Part shown: piece by piece, positions 1 to 13,265 of the stretch
Position numbering within the stretch: the first letter of the stretch is position 1
Layout of the letters: every line of letters starts with the position of its first letter
Source: the human T2T-CHM13v2.0 reference genome, Homo sapiens
DNA: 64,000 bases
Strand: one strand, 5' to 3'
Assembly (NCBI RefSeq): GCF_009914755.1
Contig: NC_060947.1
The notes under the pieces: model-generated
What the model saw: only the letters and a program-made list of their open reading frames with translations
What the model was told of the DNA's origin: nothing
Databases searched by the model: none
Position numbers and translations under genes: made by a program

Positions 1-127
1 ACTTGAGAAAGCACTTTACATGTAAGTGCTTCAGTTTTACTCATCCACTAAACTAAAGCTCATTTTTAGACGGATTTTAAAATTAATCACGAGTAGGAAC
101 AAAAAGGAGATAGTGTCTTTGGGAGGA

Positions 128-390
128 AACATGATACAACCGAAGGAGCACTGGGGCTGGGTATCAGGAAACCTGGGTTCAGCTTCCAGTTCTACAACTT
201 TCTAACTATGTGACTCTGGCCAAGTCACTTAACTTCTTTGAGCCTAAGTTCCCTTTATTTGTTAACTGGAGATAATAGTACCTATCCTGACTGTCTCACA
301 GGATTGCTGTGAACAGCTAATGAGATAATAGGTATGAAAACCCTTTTGTAAATTGTAAAGGGTTATACAATTGTATGGGATTATTACTAC
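128..390 (+). mobile_element. MIR SINE (MIRc/MIR3-like)
   Basis: MIR core: ctgggttc...tgtgactctggccaagtcacttaacttctttgagcct...gataatagtacct...gattgctgtga; boundaries approximate. Confidence 0.8.
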
Positions 391-1318
391 CATGCCCTAA
401 ACAAATCTTGCCTTAATGATTGAAGTGAGGCACCTCTATCACATAAGGCAAATAAAAAGAAAGAACTAATATAATTTCATGAAACACTGCTCAATTCTTA
501 CAATTTTTAAATTAGACGGAATCGCTGTTTGCTCTTAAAATTCTATAGCAGGGAACGTTTTTGAGAAAATTTTAAAATAATACATCAAAAGTTTATTAAA
601 GAGACTGGAGCCCTCTAAATTCTCTCTTTCCTTTCTGGAAAGTCAGTCCATTTTTCTTCATATGGTCTAGCATTATGTCCCATCTGGAATGCAAACTACT
701 AGATAATGAGCATCTCCTTTTGTTCAAGCTTTCTATTTGCCTGTTACATCCTCATTGCCCAGTGTGTTGGGGGAGGATTCAAGGTGATTAACTAAATCTA
801 AATCCACAAGGTAAAAATCCAAAGTTATGCTTTATGAGGCTCCAAGCTGCCTTGATCCTATGTATACAGTGACCAGCTGGCTTCAGCTGGGACACAATTT
901 TAGCACATGAAGTCCTGGGGTGGCCACACCTGGGGCACTAAATGATCCAGGCAATGTTTGGGGATCTTTGGTTCAGCCAAATCCCACATGTCCTGATTTC
1001 CATCTGTATGGTGGTTCCCAAGTGTGTTTGTCCACATGAACCAAATCTGAAGCAGCCAAAAGAAAGGTGGGGGATAGAGCAGGGATATCAGATGTCAGCT
1101 CCTCTTGGTCCCATCCAGTGCTATCTGTGCCCTCAAACAAGTGCCCATCCTACTTCTTGTAAGAAGAAAGAAAACTTTTTCTAATTGCCCCTTTGAACGT
1201 CATTGCTACTACTGAAGATGCCAGTAAAATATATATCCAAAATCTATGTTAAGCCAATTGGGAAAAGGATAATATTAATCACATAACAGGTAATTGGTAG
1301 CTAAGAGCAAGTGAGCTG

Positions 1319-1454
1319 CTGAAAGGGGGAAGGGGAGAAAAAGACAAGAGAGGAGGAGGGAAACAGAGGGGAGGGGTGGAGAAAAGAGAAAATGAATCTA
1401 AAGTGAGAGCTTTCTAATCAGAAACATACTTGCTGAAATCATCCAAAGTCTCAC
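1319..1454 (-). other. Candidate 136-nt intron of the minus-strand transcript
   Basis: Minus strand: donor TAG|GTGAGA at 1454; ~75-nt AG-free pyrimidine tract (plus-strand purine run 1322-1392) ending tttcag|cag (NAGNAG acceptor at 1319/1316). Confidence 0.35.
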
Positions 1455-2800
1455 CTACTATAATAAAAAGTGCTTGTCTTTTGAGGTATTGGGAGTGGCC
1501 CCCTAACCATCAAAGCTGCAAACCTAGCCTTCCAACTGCTTAGGGAAACAGTCAAGAGCCTGAAAAGGTACTGACAGCCCTAGCACCAGATCTCACTTTC
1601 CTCTGCCATTCAGAAAGTGAGTCAGGTGGGATACAATTCTCCAGAGGCCTCATCCCTGCTACCGTCCACCACAGCCTCACTGGCAGCATGGCTGCCCACT
1701 AAGGAAGGTGTCAGTCCAATTTCAGGTTCAGCAAAGGAGGCTTGCCTGTGACTTTTAAAACCACATTGGTAAGAAAGGAACAAAGGCTGTATTTCAGAAT
1801 AGGACTGTTCTCCCTTTGGGCATTGCAACTAAACTCCTTCACAAATTTAAGCTTGAAATTCATATTCCCCAAGTTCCTCAGAAGGGCCATTCAAAGTAAA
1901 GGGAAAGGACAGGAAAGATGATTTTTTTTTTGTTAGCTTCTTTCTGACAGTCAAAAAATGAGGAATATGACTGACAGAGTGTCCCAAAAGGCAATGAGGT
2001 GGGAGGCAGTAGTTTCAACCCAGGTTAGCAAGAAGGGCAATGAAAGCATCCTTATAAAAACAAACACGCATACCAAAAACCATTGCACTGTTTCCATTAT
2101 CCCGATTTCAAGCTCCAGAATGTAAGCACTAATGGTTCCCTAAACCACCCAAGCTCCTCCTCGGCAGCCGTCACCAAGCCTGACTGATTTTTTTCAAATG
2201 AATTTCCATCACTAGCCACCCCAGATTCTGAGTATTTTTGTCAAAAACAAAAGTCCTAGTGGAAGATTTCAAAGAACTAAGAACTTGAACCAAACCATGA
2301 ACTTAAACGGGAAGACACAGAACTAATTTGCTAAATTCCAAACAAAACAGAAATTGTAACAGTTTGAAAGCAACAAAAACTAGCAAGCTGATTTGAACCA
2401 GAACAAAGTTTCATGTTTTCTGAATCAATCAAACTTGCACCAAACCCTGAGAGTCTAATCAGCTCAAGCTCCTGCAAAGAACACACAGCAAGGTTTGGTT
2501 TCACCTGTCTGAAAGCTGACAAGGGAACCACAGAATGAACACTGGATAAGGAGTCAGAAGAACTGACGTCTCCTGATTTTCTTCACTGTTTGATCTTGGT
2601 CAAGTCACTTCTACTCTCTTAGCCTCAGCTTGCTTGCCATGAAATGGCCAGGCTGGGATTGCCAATATCCCAATATCCCAGTTTTAATAGTCTATGCCAA
2701 CTGTGGAATTTAGTCTAGTGATGAAACAGATAAAGTCACAATTTAGCCTTAATCTGCAGGAGGCAGAGAGATGGACCACCCCAACTCTTTTAAGGATTCA

Positions 2801-2966
<166 letters not shown>

Positions 2967-3259
2967 TTTTAAAAAGTTTTTTTTTTAAAAGAAATACACT
3001 TCATTTAAGAGTTGGTAACTGTCCTTGTTCAGCCTCAGAAATAACCTAATATACTTTTTCAGAATGTCTCTCCTCAAAAAAATGTTTCAGGAATAGTTTG
3101 TTTTCCTCAAGTGAAAGTTACAGATGAGTTGTTTGGTCCAATAAAAGGAAAAGGAAAGAAATGACAGTGATCTAGTATAGGCTGAGCCCCTATTACATGT
3201 CAGACATGGCAAATTTTACATAATTTTCTTAACCAATCTTCACAATACAACACTATATG

Positions 3260-3381
3260 GTTTTTTTTTTTTTTTTTTTTTTTTTTTTGAGAAAGGATCT
3301 TGCTCTGTCACGCAGGCTGGAGTGCAGTGACACAATCATAGTTCACTGTAACCTTGAACTCCTCGGCTCAAGTAATCCTCC
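3260..3381 (-). mobile_element. Alu monomer fragment (FLAM/AluJ) inserted in a MIR
   Basis: poly-T then gagaaaggatcttgctctgtcacgcaggctggagtgcagtg; flanks 3175-3510 are antisense MIR. Confidence 0.85.
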
Positions 3382-3654
3382 TATAGCAGACACTTTTATC
3401 CTCACTTTATAGGCAAGGAAACTAAGGCTTACTGATGCTAAGTGACTTGCTTACAGTACTTGACTGGTACTGGGATTCGAACTCAGGCAATTTGAATCCA
3501 TTACTATAACAATATCTTAAGAATTAAAGGAATAGTTCTTAATTCACTGATTCAATTGGACTTGCTTAGTGAATAAATTACATGCTGATTCAAAACAGTG
3601 AAAGTAAATTTACTTGCATTTATACTGGGTTGACATTTTTTTAAATTTCATTTT

Positions 3655-3880
3655 ACAGTTTGGTATAACGGTTAGGAATACTGGGCTCTGGAGTCAGGCA
3701 GACCTGAATTTCTTGAATTCTGTCTTATGGACAATACAGTTAACCATGCTTTGTCTCAAGTTTTCTTATCTGAAAAATGGGGAGGAAGTAGTCCCTACCT
3801 TGTCAGGCTGTTGGAAAGTGTCAGTGATCTGATAGCATCTCGCATAGTACTTGACACAAAATGACAACTCAGTAAAGACC
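3655..3880 (+). mobile_element. MIR
   Basis: gggctctggagtcaggcagacctgaatt...tcaagttttcttatctgaaaaatgggg...cctaccttgtcaggctgttg. Confidence 0.75.
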
Positions 3881-4619
3881 GATGAAAGCTATCCTTGTAT
3901 TCACAGCAATACAAGAAAGAAAAGGTTATAAAGGAAAACGACACTGGGATTCACTGAATTTAAGTGCTCTTTGGTTATAGCACAGATATAGTTTGGAAGG
4001 TTTTCAGTGGTCTCCGTACATTCTCCAAAACTAACTTGCATCTTATGGTAAATCAGCATATTCATGAAGCAACATGAATACATTAATTGGGGTTTCCTAA
4101 AGAGTAGCAAGGAAACTTGTCATGTGCTCTGCTTAGCAGCAGTTGTCCCTAGTTTCCTGGAACCCATCCTTTTAAAGAAAAAGCTCGGAAGTAGCAGACA
4201 GTACTGCTGGAAGTACCAGGCAGGTGGAGACATCCTGCTTTCCCCCAATTCTTCAAGCCCTGGCTTCTTTCCTATTCACCTGTGGCCCTCTTCTCAGATT
4301 CCCTTCTGTCCTTCCCCAGTTTATTCTGGTTTTATCATGATTCTTCCTCTGGCACTAGCTCTGTTTCTGCTCATCAGCATCAAGTGCTGTCTATGGAATG
4401 TGTGCCTTGCACGACACTAGGTGAAATAGAAAGTCATCCAAGAGTTAATGAAAAAGACATGTGATCCATGGCCAAACAGATCTAAGATACACAGACTAGA
4501 GTTTTGGCAACACAGTAAATGCAGGTATAATGCAGGATGACTTGGTTGATTTCAGAGCACAAAAGAGTTTGTTCATCTAGTTAATGATATGCATAAAAAA
4601 ATTTTTTAAAACTGTACTA

Positions 4620-4995
4620 ATGTCTGCCACTTAATCTGAAATGCAGAAAAGAATGGATAGATTAATAGGTGATAAAGCAAATACAACAAAATGTTCATTG
4701 TAGAATCTAAATGGTGAGTATCTGGGTGTTCAATGTGCAATTCTTTTAACTTTTCTCTGTATTTGAATATTTTCACAATAAAAGGTTGACGAAAAGGAGA
4801 GGGGGAAAGGGGTATGGCTTATTCAACCACAAGTGTTTCAGAACAAAATAATTATAATTATATAGAAAAGTATAAAGCAAATAGGGCAAAATAATAACAA
4901 TTGGTGAATCTGAGCAAATGGTATATAAGAATTCTTATATGATGCTTGCAATTTTTCTATATTTAAAAGTACTTCAAACTAGAAAGTTAAAAGAT
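4620..4995 (+). mobile_element. Two old L1M (L1ME-like) 3'-end fragments
   Basis: gtagaatctaaatggtgagtatctgggtgttcaatgtgcaattcttttaacttttct...cacaataaaa and ttggtgaatctgagcaaatggtatataagaattctt. Confidence 0.65.
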
Positions 4996-5124
4996 AATTT
5001 GTTGAGCACCAACCTCTTTTACCTAGTGTCTCAGTTGCCATTTTCAGTAGTGAGGGCATTGGGTTAATAGTAGAGATATTGGAAACAATGGTGGAAGGGT
5101 GGGGAAAAATAACAGTCACAGATA

Positions 5125-5430
5125 TATATTGGGGGCCTACTATATGCAAGACACTGTGCTAGGCACTTTGGGGAATTCAAAGAAGTAAAAAATACAGCCC
5201 CTGAGAGGGCTCCCACTGTAAGTAATGGAATGCCAAAGCAGTGTCTGAAAGGGTAACTGGCTGGAGCAGAGTTCTGTAAGACAGAAGTACAAAGATTAGA
5301 AAGGTAGGTTGGAGCCAGATTGCAGACAGTACTAAAGGTCAGGCTGAAGAGTTTGGACTTCATCCTATGGATAATGGGAAGCCATTTACAGTATCTGAGT
5401 CAGGGAAAGAACATGATCTAAAACTGACTG
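5125..5430 (-). mobile_element. L2 LINE fragment
   Basis: cctactatatgcaagacactgtgctaggcact...gagtttggacttcatcct...aatgggaagccatt. Confidence 0.7.
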
Positions 5431-5967
5431 GCTAGATGGTACAATTTGTTTGGGCACAGGTACCTTCAACATGCATTTGTTTTATATTCATGTACATCTG
5501 GTACGTCTATCCACTTCCCATATCTGGATGTGACGTTTAAGGATTTCCAACATGCTGGTTGCTGCTTATTTTTCAAATAGCCACTTCCTGACATCTCTTC
5601 AGCCTTTCCTTTTTCCTCCCCCAAATCCCAAGGGCAGCTGACCAGCACGTGCCTCAGCCCTGCTGACTCAGCAAGCAATAAATACGCCTCATAGAATGCT
5701 TTTGAAATGAAGCTGCTGTGCTTCAAAACTGATTTCTTTCCTTCATGATAATCAAACCTCAATTACTGCTGGAATCACTGATTTGAGTTGGAAAGAATGA
5801 ATATTCATCTGAGTAACATGTGAAGGAGTGCAGGAAGTTATGTCCTGTGTGCAGAAGGAAACAATTGTTCAAAGTGATCTCTGTATATGGAAAGAAACCC
5901 TAGCAGAGATGGCATTGCTGAATAGTAGCAAGTGATTAGGGTAAAACCTCTCAAAGACTGCCAAATT

Positions 5968-6371
5968 AGAAAGTGGACTTTATAATCCTTTGGATATACA
6001 CCCAGTAATGGGATTGCTTGGGTCAAATGGTATTTCTGGTTCTAGATCCTTGACCATGGCACATGTATACCTATGTAACAAACCTGCACGTTCTGCACAG
6101 TATCCTAGAACTTAAAGTAAAATTTAAAAAAAAAAGAAAAAAAAAAAAGAAAATTTCCTGATGTCTATGATGGTATTGTAGCTATATATGGAATATCCTT
6201 TTTTTTTTTTTTGGTAGAAGATTCAAATAAAATATTCAGAAATGATGAAGCATCATATTAAAATTTTATTCTCAAATGGTTATTTTAATATTCTTTATAC
6301 CATTCTTTCAACTTTTTTCTAAATTGAAAGTATTTCAAAATAAAAATAATAAAAAAAAAGAAAGTGGACTT
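5968..6371 (+). mobile_element. 5'-inverted, truncated L1PA (L1PA7/8-like) with 3' transduction
   Basis: 13-bp TSD agaaagtggactt (5968-5980, 6359-6371); antisense L1 piece 5981-6053; sense L1 3' end 6054-6125; poly-A 6126-6153; ~185 bp extra sequence; AATAAA 6339-6344 and second A-tail. Confidence 0.85.
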
Positions 6372-6409
6372 CATCTGTCTTCAGCTTTTCCCCCCATGAA
6401 GTCCAACCT

Positions 6410-6985
6410 CCAGTGCAATCATGTTACTCCTCCCATTTAAAACCCTGTGTTCACTCATCCCTACATATAGGACAATGGCCATACTTCTTAGCAAGCTGAC
6501 TTACTTCACCCAACCAGCCACAGGATACCTTTCCAGACTCTTATCCTGTCCCCCTTTCCCATGCTTTCAGTGGTTCACACACAATATCTTACCTTTTTCT
6601 GAACTATGCAGTTTTACACATTTGACTGCCTTGCATGTGTTGATGGTCCCTCTGCCTGGAATCCTTGCCCATCACCTCTTTGTCCACATAGAGACTAGGC
6701 AATGCCCCTCATCCTTTATGATTCAGCACAGTTAGACTCTGATCTCTAAGTTGTCCACCCCCAGCTGTAATTCCCTCCTCCATATTCCCAGAACACCTTC
6801 TCTCTCTTTTGGGTGCTTTTCACATCAAAATACGATCACTGGTTTGAGTGTCTATCTCCCCTATTAGACTGTGAGCTCCTTAAGGGCAGGGATTACATCA
6901 CATCAAATTCATTATTATAGTCCTGGTGTTTAGCATAGGGTCTGGTCCTGTATATATGCTCAAATGTCTATTGAATGAATGAGTT
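6410..6985 (+). mobile_element. L2 LINE 3' portion
   Basis: tgtctatctcccctattagactgtgagctccttaagggcagggatt...tgctcaaatgtctattgaatgaatga (L2 3' end). Confidence 0.8.
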
Positions 6986-7413
6986 TGAACATCAAGTACT
7001 CCTTGAAGTCAAACTCAGCATCTCTTGAAAGGTGAAAATTAGAATGGTATGTGACCAGAGTAATCCTAGTGAAGTATGTTTGAGGACCTGACTGAAGAAA
7101 AGCTGATAGGAGGACACCTTATGGGGGCTTATTGTGGGGCAGTTTCTATCCCAGGAAACTCTTATTAGCAGTTGTTGCTGGCTAAAAATGAAGAGCAGCT
7201 GGAGCAGATGACAAGGGCCCTTACTGGGGATTTCTCCATCCTTATCTTTCATAGTTCACCACTAAAGCAATGTTGTTCTCTGAAGTAACATTTTCCATAG
7301 TGTCTCAATTCTCCTGAATGATTGCCATATTCATTTGTGCTCTGCCTACCGAGGCATTTGGACCAGCTTTGTTAAAGTGTGGTCACTGAAAGCTCTTTGA
7401 TTCTTCTACTCAC

Positions 7414-7459
7414 CTATCGTTATTATGCTAAAGAACAACATTTTGTGAGTAAGAGACCA
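7414..7459 (-). other. Candidate 46-nt internal exon (5' UTR or first coding) of the minus-strand gene
   Basis: Minus strand: ctctgcttccctcccctttctggtgctctgtttttcag|TGGTCTC...AACGATAG|gtgagt; strong acceptor and consensus donor in non-repeat DNA. Confidence 0.5.
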
Positions 7460-9379
7460 CTGAAAAACAGAGCACCAGAAAGGGGAGGGAAGCAGAGCTA
7501 ATAAAAATTATCTTTTTTCTCCTCCTAGATTGCCAATGTATTTCACCATGTTTCCATCCTACAGTGTTTTATACTATGTATCAGTAAAGGCAAAAAAAGG
7601 AAAATTAAGACTTCAGCAAAACTTTACACTTTGTAGGCAAGAAAAAAAGGAAGCAACACTGAGGGATAGAACATAAATCTTTAGACATATGATCAGTAGC
7701 CATTTCTGAAAAGTACACATTTGGGCTGTTTTAAACAAATAGCAAAAAGCAATTAGGTCTTTCTGACTAAACTGAGGTGTATGCTGATTTCTTTTTTTAA
7801 ACTAAGTCTGTTTTGATCTTCAAAAATGTCAGACTGGTAAACACTTTACTTTTTTGCACATATAAATCTAAGAGCCAAGCCTAGCTTGAGGAAGATTTAA
7901 GAGACATAAAATTTGTCTGAGGTGTCTGCCAAATCTCTACAGCAGAGACAGAAACCCTGGAAAAGCTGACACAATCATAACTCTCACATCACCAGCAGGC
8001 TTGTGCAGGGCTGGGAAGCACAGAAAGTCACTGTTCCTTCTCTCATACTGTTTGTAAACAGAGAAGCAGATCATTTGCTTATCAGCTATCTGGTAGCTCA
8101 TTTTTGCCTAGCTATCCCACTGAGAAAAAAAAAACAAAAAAACACACATCCCCACGGGTACATATCCCAGTTTTCAGCTGGGTGAATTTTCATTTATAAG
8201 ATGGGCCCGCTTGTTAAAATTTTCTCTTTTATTTGCTCTTGAATTCTCTTACTCTTGTGTGCTTGCTTGCTCTCTCTCTCCCTTGTTCTTTCTCTTTTTA
8301 TACAGAAGGCATTAAAAGGGGTATTTATGAGTATCTAGTGCAGTGCCTAACGGAGTGCTTTCACATAGTAAGCCTACAATAATTCATCGAATGAAGTGAA
8401 ACCCTATCTGTAATTTCTACATTCAAATTATTTGATCATGTAGCAGGAAAACTATAGATTTTTTTTCCTGGAGTATTTAAAAGTAACAATTCCTTATAAA
8501 GAAATATTTTACTCAGATGACTCATGCTTAGGACTTCCATCCCTTAGAAATCATCCATTTTTGCACAATGGGTATTATCTGTAAGGAAAATGAAGGGAAG
8601 ACTACACTTCAGGATCCTGAATGACCACTGATACGTTATTGTAGAGAAAATCAGATATCCTATATACACTCGACTGTATGTCGTATGGTAATCCACTACA
8701 TATGTCTAAAATCACTTAACAATGCAAGAATATAGTGCACACATGGGCTGCGTTCTGTAAGTAGGATTAACTATTGAATTCAACCAAGGTCTTCCCTGGG
8801 GACAGATTGCTGGAAAATACATCTACATGACATTTAAAAAAATAAATTAACCAATGACATCGGCTCCCATGAGACACATTGTTTCTTGTACATTCAATTC
8901 TATCACGGTTTTCTGTAGCTCTCTGTTGACATACCCATCCCAAATGACACAGAATTTCAAAAAATAAAGAAAAACAGAGCAACTGGAGCTATTCCATCTC
9001 TCCTGTGTGAAGTGTTATGTACACAAAGGAAAGATTTCCGTACATGAGCACAATGTGAACCACGACAGGGTGAGATCATGTCAGTTGGCTGTTCTTGTTA
9101 TGCTGTGGTCACATATAACTTGCCCAAGGGAGTGTACAAAGCCTGTTTTCTTCCTGACAAGGACCAGCAGGGATTGCTGGAAAATAAAGAAAACAGAGTT
9201 ATGGCAGGAGGTTTTAAATTTTCTCTTTAAAAAATGCCCTTTATTATGATAACTTTTCTTCTCGCTTTGATGTATTTAGTTTTCCTCATCTGTAAAATAG
9301 GAATAACTATTTTATGTGTTTAATATTTTTGCTCTGAGAATTAAATACCAGTAGATTGCCTGGCATAAAATAGCTAATC

Positions 9380-9710
9380 CATACAGTCCACATCAACATT
9401 GGCTAACATTAATTAAATACCTATTATGTGCCTGCCACTGGCCAAAGACCCCCCAAAAAAGTAAATCACAGAAGGAAAACCTAATACTAGAGGAGCAAGC
9501 AGGGAGCTGATTTTCAAAGCTTTTATCAGGCAGTCTAAGAAGTCTGGATATTACTCTGAAGACAATGGACAGCCTTTGAACTATTTTATATAGAGACCAG
9601 ATGGTTTTAGATTTGTGATTTACAAAAATCATTCTGTCAGCATTGGTAAAGAGTAGACTAGAAGGGAAGCAGGCTGGAAGCAGCAGTAATCCAGGCTAGA
9701 AGTGATGCAT
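9380..9710 (-). mobile_element. L2 fragment
   Basis: aacattaattaaatacctattatgtgcc...atggttttagatttgtgatttacaaaaatcattctg. Confidence 0.65.
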
Positions 9711-9782
9711 GTGTGTTGGGGGGTGGAAGGTATGCCCCAAAGTAAGACAATGGTGGACACCGGGAAAACATTTTAAAATAAC

Positions 9783-10078
<296 letters not shown>

Positions 10079-10246
10079 AAAATAACTTTTTAAAAATTAA
10101 CAAATATACTGTAGATTAGAAAATAAAAATACGCAAAAGGTTAAAAGTAGAAGTCATATGCAATCTTACTACTTGCAGCAAACCCCTATTAATATTTTTT
10201 TGTGTGTTTACCATTACAGGATTTTTCCTATGTATGCCTACACAGA

Positions 10247-10290
10247 TGTGTGTGTGCGTGTGCGTGTGTGTGTGCGTGTGTGTGTGTGTA
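10247..10290. repeat. (TG)n/(TGCG) microsatellite in an antisense old L1M fragment (~10080-10730)
   Basis: Alternating purine-pyrimidine tgtgtgtgtgcgtgtgcgtgtgtgtgtgcgtgtgtgtgtgtg. Confidence 0.9.
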
Positions 10291-11094
10291 TTATGTATAT
10301 GTTTTTAAACTGGGATCTGTCACTCTGTACTGAGAGTTCTATGATGTGAATTTTCTCTTAATATATCAAAAACAATTTTCCACATCATTAAATATTGTTT
10401 GGTAAAATCAACTTACAAGGCTACTTAGTAATCCATTCTATAAATGTACCACAATTGATTTCATTCAAATCCCTAGTATTGTACATTTAAGATGTTCTTT
10501 TTTTTCTTTTTTTTTTTTTTGTTGTTTTTGCTATTAGTATAAACAACTCTGGGATAGATGTCCTGAGTATTAAATTTTTGGAAACATCATGATTGTTTCC
10601 TCAGCATAGAGCTCTAGAAGTTGAAGTGGTAGGTTAAAAGCTGTATTCTATTAAGGTTTCTGATACATATTGACGAATTGCTCTCCAGAAGAGCTGTATC
10701 AAATTATAGTCCCAGCAGCAGAGTCTATGAGTAGGAGATGAACTTGAGAGTGATGTCAAGGACGGAGTGTACTGGACTTGGGTGGGTAGAAGGAAGGATG
10801 TTTCCTGGCAAAGTATCAGGGCAGGAGGAAGATGAACTCTGTCAAGAGCAGCAAAGTAATGGGCAGGGCTAAGGAATAGGTGCCTGGATAGGTAAATGAT
10901 AGGAAAGAAAAAGGTAAGATAACCAGGGGAGAGTGAAGAAAAGAGGGAAAAAGTAGGTCTTTCATGAAATTATGGGCACTTTAATTTACTCCTTTCTTCA
11001 GCAAAAGTAGCAAATGTAGCAAACAGCTAGTCTTTTCATAGCATTTGGCACTCTGTGCTACCAAGGTCCCCAGTTATATTCATGCAAATCTGTT

Positions 11095-11420
11095 TATCAA
11101 TTCTTTTCACCCAATAACCATTTATTAGGTGACTACCATGTGTCAAGTGCTCTTCTGGATGCTATGGGTATGGAGATGAATGAAACCTGGTCCCTGCCCT
11201 CAAGGAGTTCACAGTCTAGTGGGGAACACAGAGACATCCACAGACCGACACCCTACAGTGTGGTACAGGCTAGGACGGAGGTAACTAAGTGCAGGGTCCT
11301 GTGGAAGCCCGAGGCCTAACATTGCCTTGTGCGTGCATTCATGTATGTTGGGCAAGGGCTGTCGGGAAGGCTTCACAGAGGTGTTGACATATGAGCTGAG
11401 TCTTAAAGGCTGAGGAATTT
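11095..11420 (-). mobile_element. L2 3' end
   Basis: ccatttattaggtgactaccatgtgtcaag...ggtccctgccctcaaggagttcacagtctagtgggga...gaaggcttcacagagg. Confidence 0.8.
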
Positions 11421-11704
11421 CTTGCATGCCTAAGGGTCACAGATCATGGTCATATTCCTAATCAGTGCCTTGAATATTTGTGCTACTGCTCTCAAGGACA
11501 CTGAGTAAGGTGGGAAGGATGTTTGTGTGTAATCCAAATCCACTCGAGTGGTAACTATAGCTTCCATTGTAATCTTAATGAACATAGAAACATAGCATGT
11601 TTTGGCAATATTATTGCTCACCATACAATATAAAGGACAAGAGGCAAGGGGGGCATGCAGACTTTTAAAACAATTCTGGTAACACTGACAAAATAATATT
11701 AACA

Positions 11705-12690
11705 TCCACCAAGTCCTAATAATTTTACCTCCTAAATGTTTCTCAAATCTCTTCGCTCCGCTCACGTCACTACTCTTGGGTCTTTATTGTCTCTCTGTGG
11801 AACAGAGTAGCAGCCTCATCATATCCACCTCCACTGTATCCTTCCCACTGTCATTTTCCTTACAGTAAAAATCTGATCGTGGTGCTCTTCTAAAACATGT
11901 TAATGGTTTCTTATGGCCTACAAGCAGCACTTCCCAAATTTCAGTCTGAGTATTACTTAGTGATTTTTACCATATTCACACACAATGTGTACTATTACTA
12001 CTTAATATTTGTCTTTAAATGAACTGAAAACTGGTTCACTTTCTATTTTTATGAAGTAAAATCCAAAGTAATCTTAGATGTGATGGCTTAGTTCAGTTTT
12101 ATGTTTTTTAAGACATATTTGAACATGTAACTAGTAAAATTAAAATGTTTGTGGGAGCACAGTGTAACTACCACTGGCAGATGCCCTACGTTTTGAGAAC
12201 CACTGACCTATGGGGGCACATTCCAACTTAGGATTGCAATCAAGGTTCTTTGCAAATCAGCCCCAACCTCTTTCCAGACTCTTCTCCTACCCATTACAGT
12301 TTCCTTTTACTCAACTATCTGCACTCCAACCATGCTGAATTCTTCCACATTGAATGAACATGCCCTACTCTTATACAGCCACACATCTTTCACAGACTGA
12401 CTCCTCTATCTGAAATGCCTCCCCTCCACTCCTTCCCTGCCTGGGGCAAACTCACTATCCTTCAAGACCTATCTCATGTCACCTCCTCATGGAAGCCTTC
12501 TCCCCGAGTCTCCCTTACAGTGAGTCACACCTTCCTTTATCCCTCCATAGCATTTTGTACCTGTCTCTGTTATACTACACACTACAGTATCTCAGAACTG
12601 TGGGCATCCAGCTCCCCAGCTAGACCCCAGGAAGAGTTCACACCTTGTACTTCATTGTTTCTCCAACACTTCACGTGGGCAGAGGTCATG
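11705..12690 (+). mobile_element. L2 fragment interrupted by a hAT-Charlie MITE (MER112/113-like, ~11925-12205)
   Basis: L2 motifs either side; MITE with terminal inverted repeats cagcacttcccaaa / ttttgagaaccactg. Confidence 0.6.
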
Positions 12691-13029
12691 AAAGAGATCT
12701 AGTGTCCCAGGTAACTTCTTAAAATGCTAAAATAAAATACATCCAAAGTGCTATCAAGGTCCAAATAGCTTAGAGGTATGATATGTGTTATAAAGAGAAT
12801 CATCTAATTCAGAAATAGCCGTACTGACTATGGTTTTGGCAGACACAATTAGCTACAGTTGCAATGACAGTTAATTTGGTTTTGGCAGCTACTTTACAGC
12901 AAATACATTCTGACATAGAAATTTTAAGTGAATCATTTGGGTTTTGGCCAGGATGATGAACTATACCTATCTCTCCTTACCACAACTGGAAAGTCAAGAA
13001 CAAGAAAGAACATTGGGAGCAGCAAACCA

Positions 13030-13265
13030 TGTTGAACAGAGCATGGGCTTTGGAGTCAGAAATCTGTACACCCAAACCTCAACTCAACTTATAATCTATG
13101 TGACTTTAAGTAGATTGTTTAACTTCTGTGCATTTTAGTGTTTTCTTCTAGAAAAAGAAACAGGAATAATAGTACCTACTTCATAACACTCAAGATAATG
13201 CAACAAAGTATTTATGATGATGACTAGGACATTATGTGGGTTCAATAAATAGCAGTCATTATTGT
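13030..13265 (+). mobile_element. MIR
   Basis: gagcatgggctttggagtcaga...ataatagtacctacttcata...ttcaataaatagcag. Confidence 0.75.

Noticed and set aside
9-31. Quasi-palindrome aagcactttacatgtaagtgctt
   Set aside because: Short, bulged and at the window edge; chance not excluded
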